Positions 37,871 through 46,721 of a DNA stretch of 64,000 nt are shown piece by piece (position 1 is the first letter of the stretch; each line of letters starts with the position of its first letter). Where the stretch lies: the IMG/VR virus record IMGVR_UViG_3300033405_000003; one strand, 5' to 3'. Below the pieces are notes generated by a model that ran no database searches, had not been told where the DNA came from, and worked only from the letters and a program-made list of their open reading frames with translations. The stretch is from a virus. Lineage: Duplodnaviria > Caudoviricetes. The position numbers and the translations under genes were made by a program.

Positions 37871-37884
37871 GTCCTAGTTGTCTC

Positions 37885-38184
37885 TCAGTGCGCGGACCAG
37901 GGGTAGGTGACGGAGCGCGAGTGGAGCGGGAAGGGCGCGAGGAACCCCGCGAGGTGACCCTCGCTGCGTTTGTGGGATTCTGAGGATTGCCATTGCCCGG
38001 CCCCGTAGACGAGGAGCCCCACGACCACGCCGCCCACGACCCCTTGCCCCGCTGACGCGGCTATGCCGCGCCCGCTGAGCCAGCCGATCACCGCGCCGAC
38101 GCCCGCCCCGAGGACCGCGCTCGTGACGAGCTGGGGCCCTTGGGCGAGGCGTCTGTCGAGGTCGCTGAGTTCGGTGCGCGTCAT
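37885..38184 (-). CDS. glycine-zipper 2-TM protein
   Basis: GAGVGAVIG / GVVGGVVVG. Confidence 0.75.
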   Translation of the reverse strand: MTRTELSDLDRRLAQGPQLVTSAVLGAGVGAVIGWLSGRGIAASAGQGVVGGVVVGLLVYGAGQWQSSESHKRSEGHLAGFLAPFPLHSRSVTYPWSAH

Positions 38185-38197
38185 GGCCGCGTCCTCC

Positions 38198-38692
38198 TCA
38201 GTACGACCAGGGGTACTCCGCCGCGAACGCCCACGGCTCGCTCGTCGCCCACTGGTGCTGGCGCTGCGCGGCGTGCGCGTACTGGACCATCGGGTTCGCG
38301 ACCGCCCACGGCCCGTACGGGCTCATGCCGCGGTTCCAGCCCGCCTGGAGGTTCGCTCCTGCGTAGTCGCCCTTCGCCGCGATCGCCGCGGGCGAGAGCG
38401 CCGGCGGCGGCGGGGGCGGCGGGAGCGCCGGGGCTTTACCGACCCCGAGCTTGTCCATCATCTTCGAGGCGAAGGACATGCCCTTCGGGGCGATCAGGTG
38501 GTCGCCCACGAGCACGACGACGGCGCCGCCGAGCACGAGTTGCCATGTCTCGAGCCCGCGGATGCGCCGCTCGATGCCGCCGAGGAAGCCCTTGCCGTTG
38601 CCGCCGCTCTTGAGCGCGCGGAGGCGGGCCATGCGAGCGGCGAACGACTCGCGCGATCCGACCGTTTCGTGTCCGAGATCATCCATTGCCAT
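38198..38692 (-). CDS. TM protein with aromatic tail
   Basis: TWQLVLGG...DHLIAPKGMS; ends YPWSY. Confidence 0.75.
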   Translation of the reverse strand: MAMDDLGHETVGSRESFAARMARLRALKSGGNGKGFLGGIERRIRGLETWQLVLGGAVVVLVGDHLIAPKGMSFASKMMDKLGVGKAPALPPPPPPPALSPAAIAAKGDYAGANLQAGWNRGMSPYGPWAVANPMVQYAHAAQRQHQWATSEPWAFAAEYPWSY

Positions 38693-38746
38693 GATGTTTT
38701 CTTCCTTGTGAGTGCTGCGGTTTGCAGTCTTCGTTTTTGCCCGAGA

Positions 38747-39028
38747 TCAGTACCAAGAGTATGGGGTGCCCACGATGGCGGGACCCGTCTGCCCCTCCAC
38801 GACGACCGGTTGCGTGCCGGTCCACGTCCGGAACATCCCTTCCGGCGGCCCGTCGTCGTCGGCCCCGACGCGGACGGAGATGCCGCCCACCGAGACCGCC
38901 GCCCCGCCGACGAGCGTGACTAGGAAACCGATGCCCGCGCCCCAGAGCGCGTACTTCGCTGGGTCGCGCTTGAGCAGGCCGATGCCGCCGCCGATCGCGG
39001 CGCCGAGGAGGGGCGTCGTCATTCTCAT
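38747..39028 (-). CDS. small 2-TM protein
   Basis: KYALWGAG; ends IVG-TPYSWY. Confidence 0.7.
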   Translation of the reverse strand: MRMTTPLLGAAIGGGIGLLKRDPAKYALWGAGIGFLVTLVGGAAVSVGGISVRVGADDDGPPEGMFRTWTGTQPVVVEGQTGPAIVGTPYSWY

Positions 39029-39399
39029 TGGAGCGGCTCCACGTAACCCGGCATGCCGTAGCCGGCGAAGACCTGGAACTTCGGCGAAAACGGCGAGAGC
39101 GAGATGAGCGGCTCGCCCTTCTTGTGCTTGACGACGTTGTACGCGATGACCGCGCCGAGGATCGCGCCGAGGCCCGTTCCGAAGGTCTTGTTGACCCGGT
39201 AGGCGCCGTACACCGCGAGGGCGAGTCCGCCGAGCGTCATCGTGGTGCCGATGGCGGTCGCGTGCCGCTGCTGGAAGGTGTCGTGCTTGCCGGTCGCGAC
39301 TGCCTCGTGGTAGTCGGCGAACGTCTTGGCGCCGACCCACCAGAGCGCGACGCCGCCCGCGACGAGCGCGAAGTTCGTGGTCTTTTTCGACATCGACAT
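39025..39399 (-). CDS. 3-TM membrane protein
   Basis: Three hydrophobic helices; GGAG RBS. Confidence 0.75.
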   Translation of the reverse strand: MSMSKKTTNFALVAGGVALWWVGAKTFADYHEAVATGKHDTFQQRHATAIGTTMTLGGLALAVYGAYRVNKTFGTGLGAILGAVIAYNVVKHKKGEPLISLSPFSPKFQVFAGYGMPGYVEPLQ

Positions 39400-39423
39400 G
39401 GCTGTTCTCCCGATCGTTGCTGC

Positions 39424-39852
39424 TCAGTAGTCTTTGCTGTTGAAGCCCGGGCGGCGCGTGAACGAGTAGTCGCTCGAGGGCGGGGCCCCGACAGCATGAT
39501 AGAGGGGTCGCGGCGACCCGGCAAAATAGCCAGAAGTCACGACGGGTGATCGGGGGGCGCGGAGCGGGTGCGTGCTCGCGTACTCGTGCATCCACACGTC
39601 CGTTCCACCGACGAATTTGTGCCACCCGAACTGCGCGAGCATGTAGAGGCCGGCGCCCCAGGCGCCGTACTTCAGGCGGTTGCCCTTCGCGGGCTTGTTC
39701 GCGAGGAAGCCGAAGATCCACGCGAGCGTCGCGCCCTGGATCGCGCCTTCGAGATAATTGGGCTTCATCCCAGCGAGCTTGTGGATAGCGGCCAGCGCTT
39801 CCTCCTCTTCTTGAGCGGGCCCGCGGATGTAATCGACGTCTGATTGTCTCAT
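39424..39852 (-). CDS. 2-TM membrane protein
   Basis: Start MRQSDVDY; KYGAWGAG. Confidence 0.7.
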   Translation of the reverse strand: MRQSDVDYIRGPAQEEEEALAAIHKLAGMKPNYLEGAIQGATLAWIFGFLANKPAKGNRLKYGAWGAGLYMLAQFGWHKFVGGTDVWMHEYASTHPLRAPRSPVVTSGYFAGSPRPLYHAVGAPPSSDYSFTRRPGFNSKDY

Positions 39853-39869
39853 GTGTTCTCCTCGATCGC

Positions 39870-40628
39870 TCACCACCACGAGTACCCCGAGGGCCTCGCG
39901 GCGAACTCCTCGAACTCCCACGCGTGGGGCTCGCGGCCCCCGGCGAGCAGGCGCGAGCGCTCGTCGAAGTGGGGGTCCACGAACCAGCCGGTCTTGTGCG
40001 CGGCGTGCCGGCGGGCGCGCTGGCGCGCGAGGTCCTTCTCGAGCTGCGCGTTCTTCCACACGCTGTAGATCATCCAGCCCGCGACGAGCGAGACGGCCGC
40101 GACGACGACGACGCGCTTGTTCGAGTCCCACCAGAGCGCGGTCTCGTACTTCGTCCTCGTCGTGGCCTCTTTGACCCTCTCGCGGATCGGGGCCTGGTAG
40201 AGGTCCGTCTTCGCGTAGCGGCGCCCGCCGACCGTCGCGACGTCCTCGGTGTCCTTCGACTTCGGGTTAGCCTGGCTCGCGATCATCTTCACCATGCCGC
40301 GCTTGAGCGCGCGGTCGAGGTTGCCGGGCTCCGAGAGCCACTTCTTGAACGGCACTTCCTTCGGGATTTGCCGTCGCGTCTCCATGGCCTTGAGGGCCCG
40401 CTCGAGCCGGCGGGTCCGCTCCTTCTTGACGAACTCCGAGATGGGCTCGAACGTGCCCGTCTCCTCCTCGGTCTTCTCCTTGCGCTTGGCCTTCGGGTCG
40501 CGCGGCGGCTTCTCGCCCCCGGCCCCGCGCTTGCCGCGGCGCTTGTCGCCGGGCTCGCCCTCCGGCCAGTAGAGGCTGGCCTTCTTGGCAGCGATCTTCC
40601 TGGCGATCTCCTCGGAGAAGTCAGCCAT
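39870..40628 (-). CDS. basic protein with C-proximal TM
   Basis: K/R/E-rich N-terminus, TM, ends SGYSWW. Confidence 0.75.
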   Translation of the reverse strand: MADFSEEIARKIAAKKASLYWPEGEPGDKRRGKRGAGGEKPPRDPKAKRKEKTEEETGTFEPISEFVKKERTRRLERALKAMETRRQIPKEVPFKKWLSEPGNLDRALKRGMVKMIASQANPKSKDTEDVATVGGRRYAKTDLYQAPIRERVKEATTRTKYETALWWDSNKRVVVVAAVSLVAGWMIYSVWKNAQLEKDLARQRARRHAAHKTGWFVDPHFDERSRLLAGGREPHAWEFEEFAARPSGYSWW

Positions 40629-41188
40629 CAGACCCACCAGGGCGTGTAGGAGTAGCCGTAGTGCTCGCGGCCGTAGGGCACCGGCATCTCGCCGTGGCCC
40701 CAGCCGGTCATCTGAAGCTCGCCGTTCTCATTCGTCATGATGGTCGGGCGGCTCGCGCCCTGGCCGTTCTCGGCCGGCGCCGCGGCGTTCTGAGTCGGCC
40801 ACGGGCCAGGACCGAAGGGCATGCCTGCCCCGCCCTTGAAGCCGCCGCGGTTCACGGCTCCGACGCGGTGGCCGCCCGCGCTGCCGCCGAGGATCTTCGA
40901 CACGATGGACGTGCCCTTCGGCGCGAGGAGGTGCTGGAGACCGAGCGCGCCGCCAGCGGCGAGGAGCGCGATTTGCCAAGTTTTGAGGTTACCGAGCCTG
41001 CGCCCGATCCCGCCCAAGAACGGCTCCGCGTCTCCGGGGCCCTGCGCTTCCCGGTGAAGGTCCCGCGCGTGGAGCGATGCCCGGTGCTCCGTCGCCCCCT
41101 TCGGCAGAATCGGCGTCGACCGGCGCGCTTTCGTCTTCATGTACTTCACGCGCCACTCGGGAGAACCAAATTTGAGTTCGGATGCCAT
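40628..41188 (-). CDS. TM protein, paralog of 38198..38692
   Basis: FLGGIxRR...TWQI...HLLAPKGTS; MTG-WGHGEM. Confidence 0.75.
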   Translation of the reverse strand: MASELKFGSPEWRVKYMKTKARRSTPILPKGATEHRASLHARDLHREAQGPGDAEPFLGGIGRRLGNLKTWQIALLAAGGALGLQHLLAPKGTSIVSKILGGSAGGHRVGAVNRGGFKGGAGMPFGPGPWPTQNAAAPAENGQGASRPTIMTNENGELQMTGWGHGEMPVPYGREHYGYSYTPWWV

Positions 41189-41204
41189 GTCTTCGTTCTC
41201 CTCG

Positions 41205-41579
41205 TCACTCCCACCAAGCCCAATAGTGCGGCCAGGGGACCGCGCCCATCATCTCGCCGTGCCCCCACCCAGCCATGTCGCCGTGCGCCGCGAAACGCGG
41301 TCTTAGGTGCGGCGCCGCCGGGCGCGGCGGCATCGCCCTCGGAGCTGCGGCGGCGCTCCGCACCGGTCTCAGCATCTGGAAGAGCAAGTATTGACCGGCG
41401 ACGCCGAGGCCCAGGCCCCAGAGCGCGCCCGTCTTCGCGCCGCTCTTGTCGCGCTCCTTCGCGTACCCGACCGCGCCGCCCACAACCGCGCCCACGACCG
41501 CGATCTCGAGCATCGGGACGAGGCCGGGCCCGCTCGTGACGTCGCGAGCCATGCGCTCGAGTTTTTCGGAGATGGTCAT
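41205..41579 (-). CDS. glycine-zipper 2-TM protein
   Basis: MTISEKL; MAG-WGHGEM...WAWWE. Confidence 0.7.
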   Translation of the reverse strand: MTISEKLERMARDVTSGPGLVPMLEIAVVGAVVGGAVGYAKERDKSGAKTGALWGLGLGVAGQYLLFQMLRPVRSAAAAPRAMPPRPAAPHLRPRFAAHGDMAGWGHGEMMGAVPWPHYWAWWE

Positions 41580-41595
41580 GGGACCTGCTTCGGGA

Positions 41596-42402
41596 TCAGT
41601 AAACGACCCAAGGCGGGAGCGCGTCGTAGCCGAACGCCGGGTTGAAGGGGTAATCCCAACCCCAAGGTCCCGTCCCCCAGACGCCTGGATATCCCCACCA
41701 TCCCGGGTAGTTGCCGTCCCAACCCCAACCGTAAGGCCAGTCATACCAGCCGTACCAGGGCCATCCGCCCCAACCCCAGCCTCCGCCCCAGCCACCCCAG
41801 CCGCCGAAGCCACGACCGCGGCCAAACCCGTGGCCTCCTCCGAAACCGTGGCCTCCTCCGAAGCCATGGCCTCCTCCGAAGCCGCCGTGACCACCCCCGC
41901 CGCCATGGCCCCCGCCACCTCCGCCGCCACGTCCCGTGAAGAATCCTTGCGTCATCGCGTCTCCGTCGCCGGCGTCGCCGGCGTCCTGCACTTGTGGTTG
42001 CTGCACGATCTGAATTTGTGGTTGCGCGAGCTGCTGCTGCGCGAGGAGCTGCTGCTGGAGCATCAGCATCGCGGGGTCAGGCTGCGGCGGGCCCATGTCG
42101 AGCGGTCCGCCCATGTCGGGCGGCGGTCCTTGGTCGCCGTAACCGGGCGCCTGCGGGAAGCCGCGGCGACCGCGGAACCCACCGCCTCGCCTGCCGCCGC
42201 GGGGCGCCATGTGGCGCGGGGCCCCGACCAGCTCGTCCACGTAGCAGCCCGTCGAGACGTCGTACATCGCGGGAGCGCGCTCGAAGCTCTCCGGCAGACC
42301 AAAACCGTTCGCCTGGGCGAACTTCTCCTGGTGGTTGCGCACGCGCGGGTCGTAGTCCGCCGCGGCCGGCGCCGGCACGAGTGCGAGGGGATCTGCGGGC
42401 AT
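41596..42402 (-). CDS. low-complexity Gly/Trp/Tyr-rich protein
   Basis: GGGHGF repeats, GWGGW and WPY runs. Confidence 0.75.
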   Translation of the reverse strand: MPADPLALVPAPAAADYDPRVRNHQEKFAQANGFGLPESFERAPAMYDVSTGCYVDELVGAPRHMAPRGGRRGGGFRGRRGFPQAPGYGDQGPPPDMGGPLDMGPPQPDPAMLMLQQQLLAQQQLAQPQIQIVQQPQVQDAGDAGDGDAMTQGFFTGRGGGGGGGHGGGGGHGGFGGGHGFGGGHGFGGGHGFGRGRGFGGWGGWGGGWGWGGWPWYGWYDWPYGWGWDGNYPGWWGYPGVWGTGPWGWDYPFNPAFGYDALPPWVVY

Positions 42403-42471
42403 GTTCTTCGTTCCCTGGTTCTAGGTTTCTGGTTCTTGGTTCGGGGCGGCGCCGCGGCACCGCCGTGACGG

Positions 42472-42507
42472 GGCACTAGCGCCACTCCTCCAAGCGACGC
42501 TAGTGCC
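42472..42507. terminator. 10-bp stem hairpin after the basic peptide gene
   Basis: GGCACTAGCG / CGCTAGTGCC perfect inverted repeat. Confidence 0.4.
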
Positions 42508-42519
42508 GCCGTCGTGCCG

Positions 42520-42627
42520 TTAGCGATGACGGCGGTGATGCGCGTGGCGGTGGCGCTTGCGGGCGGACGCCCTCTGGGCCTTCTTCAGCGCCGCGCGGCG
42601 GGCCTTGGTGAAAACGTAACGTGCCAT
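42520..42627 (-). CDS. protamine-like peptide (35 aa, absent from ORF track)
   Basis: MARYVFTKARRAALKKAQRASARKRHRHAHHRRHR; AAGGAG RBS with A/C-rich leader. Confidence 0.75.
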   Translation of the reverse strand: MARYVFTKARRAALKKAQRASARKRHRHAHHRRHR

Positions 42628-42692
42628 GTTGCTTCTCCTTGGTTGTTGGTTGTGAGGTTGATGCGATTGAATTCTCAATTATGATGAAACGG

Positions 42693-45413
42693 TCACCACC
42701 AGTTCATGGGGTACCACGGCGGGTAGTCCGCCGGCATGTACGCGTACGCCGAGTCCCACGCCGGGACCGTCGCCATGTTGAAGTACCCGTACGGGTCCGT
42801 GAACTGCATCTGCCAGCCGGTGAAGTCGCCCTGCGTGATCGTGTCCCCGCTGTCCCCGTTCGTCGTGGCCACGGCGTCGGCCGTCGCTTGGTTCGCGTCG
42901 GCCGTGGCTTGGTCAGCCTGGTCCGCCGCTTGGTCCACGCCGGTGTCCTGAGCCGCCGATGCGTCCTGATCCGCCGTCCCTGCGTCGGTGTCCTCGTCGG
43001 CGGGCGCGCCAGCCCCGCTCGAGGACTGGTCGCTCCCCGGGAGCGGCCCGTCGTCGTTCGACGGCGGCTGCTCGCCCGTCGCCTGCACGTAGATGACGTT
43101 CGCCTGCTGCTGCTCGGGGGAAAGCTCGATGCCCTCCATCTCGCCCGCCGGCGTCACGCGGTAGGCGATGTTCCCCATGGGATCGAAGATCCGCTCCGTG
43201 AGGCATGCCCACTCGCCCCACTGGAAGCACTCCGCGCGGTGGCGGCGCCAGCGCTCGGCGATCCCGTGGCGCCAGCCCGGGTGGCCGAACCCGCGCCACT
43301 CTCCGTGGAAGCGACGACCGTGGAAACGGCCGTAGGCGTCGCGGAACCCGCGCGCGCGACCGAACCCACGCCCGAAGCCGCGACCGCGGCCGAAACCCTC
43401 GTGCCCGCGGCCGAAACCCTCGCGACCACGACCGAGCCCGCGCCTCGCCTCCCCGTGCGCGCGCATCGCGTGCGCCGCCGCTGCCTGGGTGTGCCTCTCG
43501 GCTGCTCGGGCATGGTGCTCCGCGGCGCGAGCTGTCGGTTGCGAGCGCGTCGCCTGCGCGTGTTTCTGGGCGAGCGCCGCGTGCGCTGTCGCTGCGTGCG
43601 CAGCCTCATGGGCGGCGGGTGTCTTCTGCGCCGCCGGGTGCTGCGCCGCCGCGTGCGCGGAGGCGGCTTGCTTGGTCGCGTTCTCGGCGTGCGCGGCGGC
43701 CTTGTGCTGGGGCGGCTGCGCCCCGGCCGCGGCCCCGACGTAGTAAGACCCGACGGCCTCGAAGTTCCCGCACGCCGCGTGCGTCTTCGCGGCGTGGAGC
43801 GCCGCCTGCTGGGCGTGGGCGCCAGCCTTCTGGGCGTGCGCCACCGCGCCCTGCGGGGACGGGTGGGTCATCGCCGCCTGCGCGTGAGACGCTGCCTGCT
43901 CGGCGTGATCCGTCGCCGCCTGCGCGGAGTCGGCCGCCGTCGTCCCCTTCGCGTCGGGGTGCGTGGCCGCGAGCTGTGCCGACTGAGCCTGCAGCGCTGC
44001 GTTGTTGGCCGCGGCGACGCCCTCGTTCACGGCCGCCCCGACGAACTCCGCCGCGCCGACGAAATGACAATGCGGATCGTGGTGCTCGTGGTGCTCGTGC
44101 CAGTGCTCGCCGTGGTGCTCGTCGAAGTGCTTCGCTGCCTCCATCGCGGCGTGCGCCGGCGCCGTGGCTCCGAGGGAAAAGATGTCGGCGAGCGTCATCC
44201 CGACGTCGCGCGCGTCCCCGACGTAATGGCCGGTGCGGTGGAGCTTGCGCCACTCCTCGATCGTCGGCGGGAACGGGTCCGGCGGCGGCGCGATTGGCCG
44301 GCCGAGCGCGACGCACTTCTGGTACCAGCCGTCCCAGTAGGTGCCCGGCATGCAGCCCTTCTTGATCGCGTCGGCGCCGTAGAGGTCCGGCGGGATGTCG
44401 CCGCCCTGGCCCGTGAAAGTCGGCGCCTGCGGCGGCGGCATCGGGATCGTCGGCACGCACGTGTTCGTGTGCGGGTCGCGGTACTCGCCTGGGCCGCACG
44501 GCATCTGGGGCTGCGCGACTCCTGCGTAGTAGCCGCTCGTGAGCGGCACCGGCTGCGGGGGCGGCGGGATGACGGGCGTGCATTTGCCGTGAAAGTCATC
44601 CCAGTAGGTTCCGACCGGGCAGCCCGTCGCCGGCATGATGCGCGGGCCGAGCGACGAGACGCCGTCACCCGCGTAGTACCCACCGGACGCGAGCACCGGG
44701 CTCGGCGCGGCGGACGTGAGCTGCTCGAAGTCGAGCGCGTTCGCGTAACCGTTGCCAAGCTCGACGACGTACGACGACATGCCCGACGGGTCCGTGCGCG
44801 GCGTGCCGCACACGATCGAGCCGGGCCGGAGCGCTGGCCCAACCGGGCTCGAGAAGGACTTGTCGAAGAAGACGCCCGCGCCGCGCGGGTTCACGACGCG
44901 GTACTGGAGCTGTCCCGGGAACGGGCAGGGGCCTGCTCCAGCGAACTCATCGTGGTAGCCGGCGTGGTGGACGGCCGGCGGGAGCGGCTGCGTGGCCGTC
45001 GGCAGGCAGTAGCCGCGCGCCGCGTCCCACTGCATCCCGGGCGGGCAATCCACGGTCGGCGAGGTCGGCGGCACGATCGGCGGCGCGCCGTCGCCGGCGT
45101 ACTCGTCTCCCACGTACTCGTCTCCCACGTACTCGTAGTAGCCCGTCGCGAGCACCGGGCCGGGCGTGGCCGACGTGAGCTGCTCGAAGTCGAGCGCGCT
45201 GGCGTAGCCGTTCGCAAGCTCGACGACGTAGGACGACATGCCCGAGGGATCCGTCCGCGGCGTGCCGCAGACGATCGACCCGGGCCGGAGCGCCGGCCCG
45301 ACGGGGCTCGAGAAGCTCTTGTCGAAGTACACGCCTGCGCCGCGCGGGTTGACGACGCGATATTGGAGCTGACCCGGGAAGGGGCAAGGACCGGCGCCTG
45401 CGAATTCGTACAT
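42693..45413 (-). CDS. 906-aa modular polyprotein-like protein
   Basis: Start MYEFAGA after AAGGAG; duplicated ~85 aa domain, four two-Cys modules, Ala/His helix, GRGFG repeats, acidic tail. Confidence 0.8.
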   Translation of the reverse strand: MYEFAGAGPCPFPGQLQYRVVNPRGAGVYFDKSFSSPVGPALRPGSIVCGTPRTDPSGMSSYVVELANGYASALDFEQLTSATPGPVLATGYYEYVGDEYVGDEYAGDGAPPIVPPTSPTVDCPPGMQWDAARGYCLPTATQPLPPAVHHAGYHDEFAGAGPCPFPGQLQYRVVNPRGAGVFFDKSFSSPVGPALRPGSIVCGTPRTDPSGMSSYVVELGNGYANALDFEQLTSAAPSPVLASGGYYAGDGVSSLGPRIMPATGCPVGTYWDDFHGKCTPVIPPPPQPVPLTSGYYAGVAQPQMPCGPGEYRDPHTNTCVPTIPMPPPQAPTFTGQGGDIPPDLYGADAIKKGCMPGTYWDGWYQKCVALGRPIAPPPDPFPPTIEEWRKLHRTGHYVGDARDVGMTLADIFSLGATAPAHAAMEAAKHFDEHHGEHWHEHHEHHDPHCHFVGAAEFVGAAVNEGVAAANNAALQAQSAQLAATHPDAKGTTAADSAQAATDHAEQAASHAQAAMTHPSPQGAVAHAQKAGAHAQQAALHAAKTHAACGNFEAVGSYYVGAAAGAQPPQHKAAAHAENATKQAASAHAAAQHPAAQKTPAAHEAAHAATAHAALAQKHAQATRSQPTARAAEHHARAAERHTQAAAAHAMRAHGEARRGLGRGREGFGRGHEGFGRGRGFGRGFGRARGFRDAYGRFHGRRFHGEWRGFGHPGWRHGIAERWRRHRAECFQWGEWACLTERIFDPMGNIAYRVTPAGEMEGIELSPEQQQANVIYVQATGEQPPSNDDGPLPGSDQSSSGAGAPADEDTDAGTADQDASAAQDTGVDQAADQADQATADANQATADAVATTNGDSGDTITQGDFTGWQMQFTDPYGYFNMATVPAWDSAYAYMPADYPPWYPMNWW
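44689..45407 (-). repeat. internal direct repeat (~260 bp units, 459 bp apart)
   Basis: EFAGAGPCPFPGQLQYRVVNPRGAG...ALDFEQLTSA occurs twice. Confidence 0.9.
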
Positions 45414-45424
45414 GATGTCTCCTT

Positions 45425-45868
45425 CTATGCCGTGAGTAGTTTGTAGTCTCCCGGAGAAACGACGATCTCGCCGCCCTTCTCCGGAAGAAGTTTCTTCTCG
45501 CCGTTGCGCCCGGGAGTCAGCGCCGCGATCGCGCCCAGGCTTTTCCCGTAACGAGCGCCGGCCATGACCCCCGCGGCTCGGCCGGCGTACTTGTGGATCG
45601 GGCCGGCGTATTTCTCCGCGGCGCTCGAGGCGCGGTAGATCAGGAAGGCCCCGAGCGCGCCGGCCCCGACGATCATCGCGACGCCGAGCCACGGGAAGGT
45701 TGTTTGCGGCGGGGCGCCCGGGGGCGGGGCGGGCGCGATCGGCGGCGCGGTGCTCGCGGCGCTCGGGCGCCCGTACGACTTGATGGCGTTCTCGAACGCC
45801 TGCGCGATCCCGAGCGGCGCTCCGGCGACGTCGCTCCCGTAGTACGGGCCCGAGGTAAAGTATCCCAT
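45425..45868 (-). CDS. TM protein with aromatic leader
   Basis: MGYFTSGPYYGSDVAG; one TM. Confidence 0.7.
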   Translation of the reverse strand: MGYFTSGPYYGSDVAGAPLGIAQAFENAIKSYGRPSAASTAPPIAPAPPPGAPPQTTFPWLGVAMIVGAGALGAFLIYRASSAAEKYAGPIHKYAGRAAGVMAGARYGKSLGAIAALTPGRNGEKKLLPEKGGEIVVSPGDYKLLTA

Positions 45869-46206
45869 CAGGCGCCTCCCCCCTCGCTGCTGAGCGCGCC
45901 GCGGATCGACTCGCGCGACATGACCGCCGACGTGCGCAATCCTCGATAAATGAGATACGCGGTGAGCCCGACGCCCACGACGAACCCCACTTTGAGGAGC
46001 GTCGACCAGTCCGTGAGCGAGTGCGACCCCGGGGCGCGGCTGCCGCCGCTCCCGATGTTCTGCTTGAGCGTGTCCGCGCCCCATTTCCCGAGCCCGAACG
46101 GGGTCGCCATCGGGATCGCGGTCCACCACGGCGGGAGCGAGACATCGAGGCCCGACCTCTCGTCGCCGTACCAATCCCAGTGAGGATAATAGTGGGTGCG
46201 GTTCAT
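45868..46206 (-). CDS. TM protein with aromatic leader
   Basis: MNRTHYYPHWDWYGDERSG; TM ending YLIYR similar to its neighbour. Confidence 0.7.
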   Translation of the reverse strand: MNRTHYYPHWDWYGDERSGLDVSLPPWWTAIPMATPFGLGKWGADTLKQNIGSGGSRAPGSHSLTDWSTLLKVGFVVGVGLTAYLIYRGLRTSAVMSRESIRGALSSEGGGA

Positions 46207-46721
46207 GGGAACTGCATCGCCCCCTGGAAGAGCGGCCCGACGAGCACCGCCTGCGCGTTGTCGGGACCCGCGTTGCCGTTCCACACCATGATCTCGAGCC
46301 CGCTGCCGTTCGCGTTCGGGACGCCTGCGCCCATCGGATCGGTGGGCGCGTTACCCGCGTCGCGCAGCGAGACGCGGATCTGCGTCGCGCCCTCCCCGGG
46401 CGTCGACGTAATCGACACGCTGCGCTCCTGAATGGACGTGGTCCCCGGAGGATTCGTGCCGCCACGCATCGTGAGGCTCACCCTCGCGAACCTCGGGTCG
46501 AGGCCGTTCGGCCCGATGACGCCCACGGTGAAGTCGGGACCCGATCCAACGTCGGCGGCGCCGGTGCCCTCGTCCATCGTGATGAGGAAATCGCCGGGGT
46601 TCGCCGACGCGCGAACCACGGTGGAGAACCCCCGACCCGTGATCTGGGGGTTGTTGGCGGCGTCGATCGTGAGGAGCGCCTGCGCGACTGGCTGAACGGG
46701 GACTCCGGCGTAGTCGGCCAT
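46203..46721 (-). CDS. MxDYA paralog 7
   Basis: MADYAGVPVQPVAQ; TAATG coupling. Confidence 0.8.
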   Translation of the reverse strand: MADYAGVPVQPVAQALLTIDAANNPQITGRGFSTVVRASANPGDFLITMDEGTGAADVGSGPDFTVGVIGPNGLDPRFARVSLTMRGGTNPPGTTSIQERSVSITSTPGEGATQIRVSLRDAGNAPTDPMGAGVPNANGSGLEIMVWNGNAGPDNAQAVLVGPLFQGAMQFP

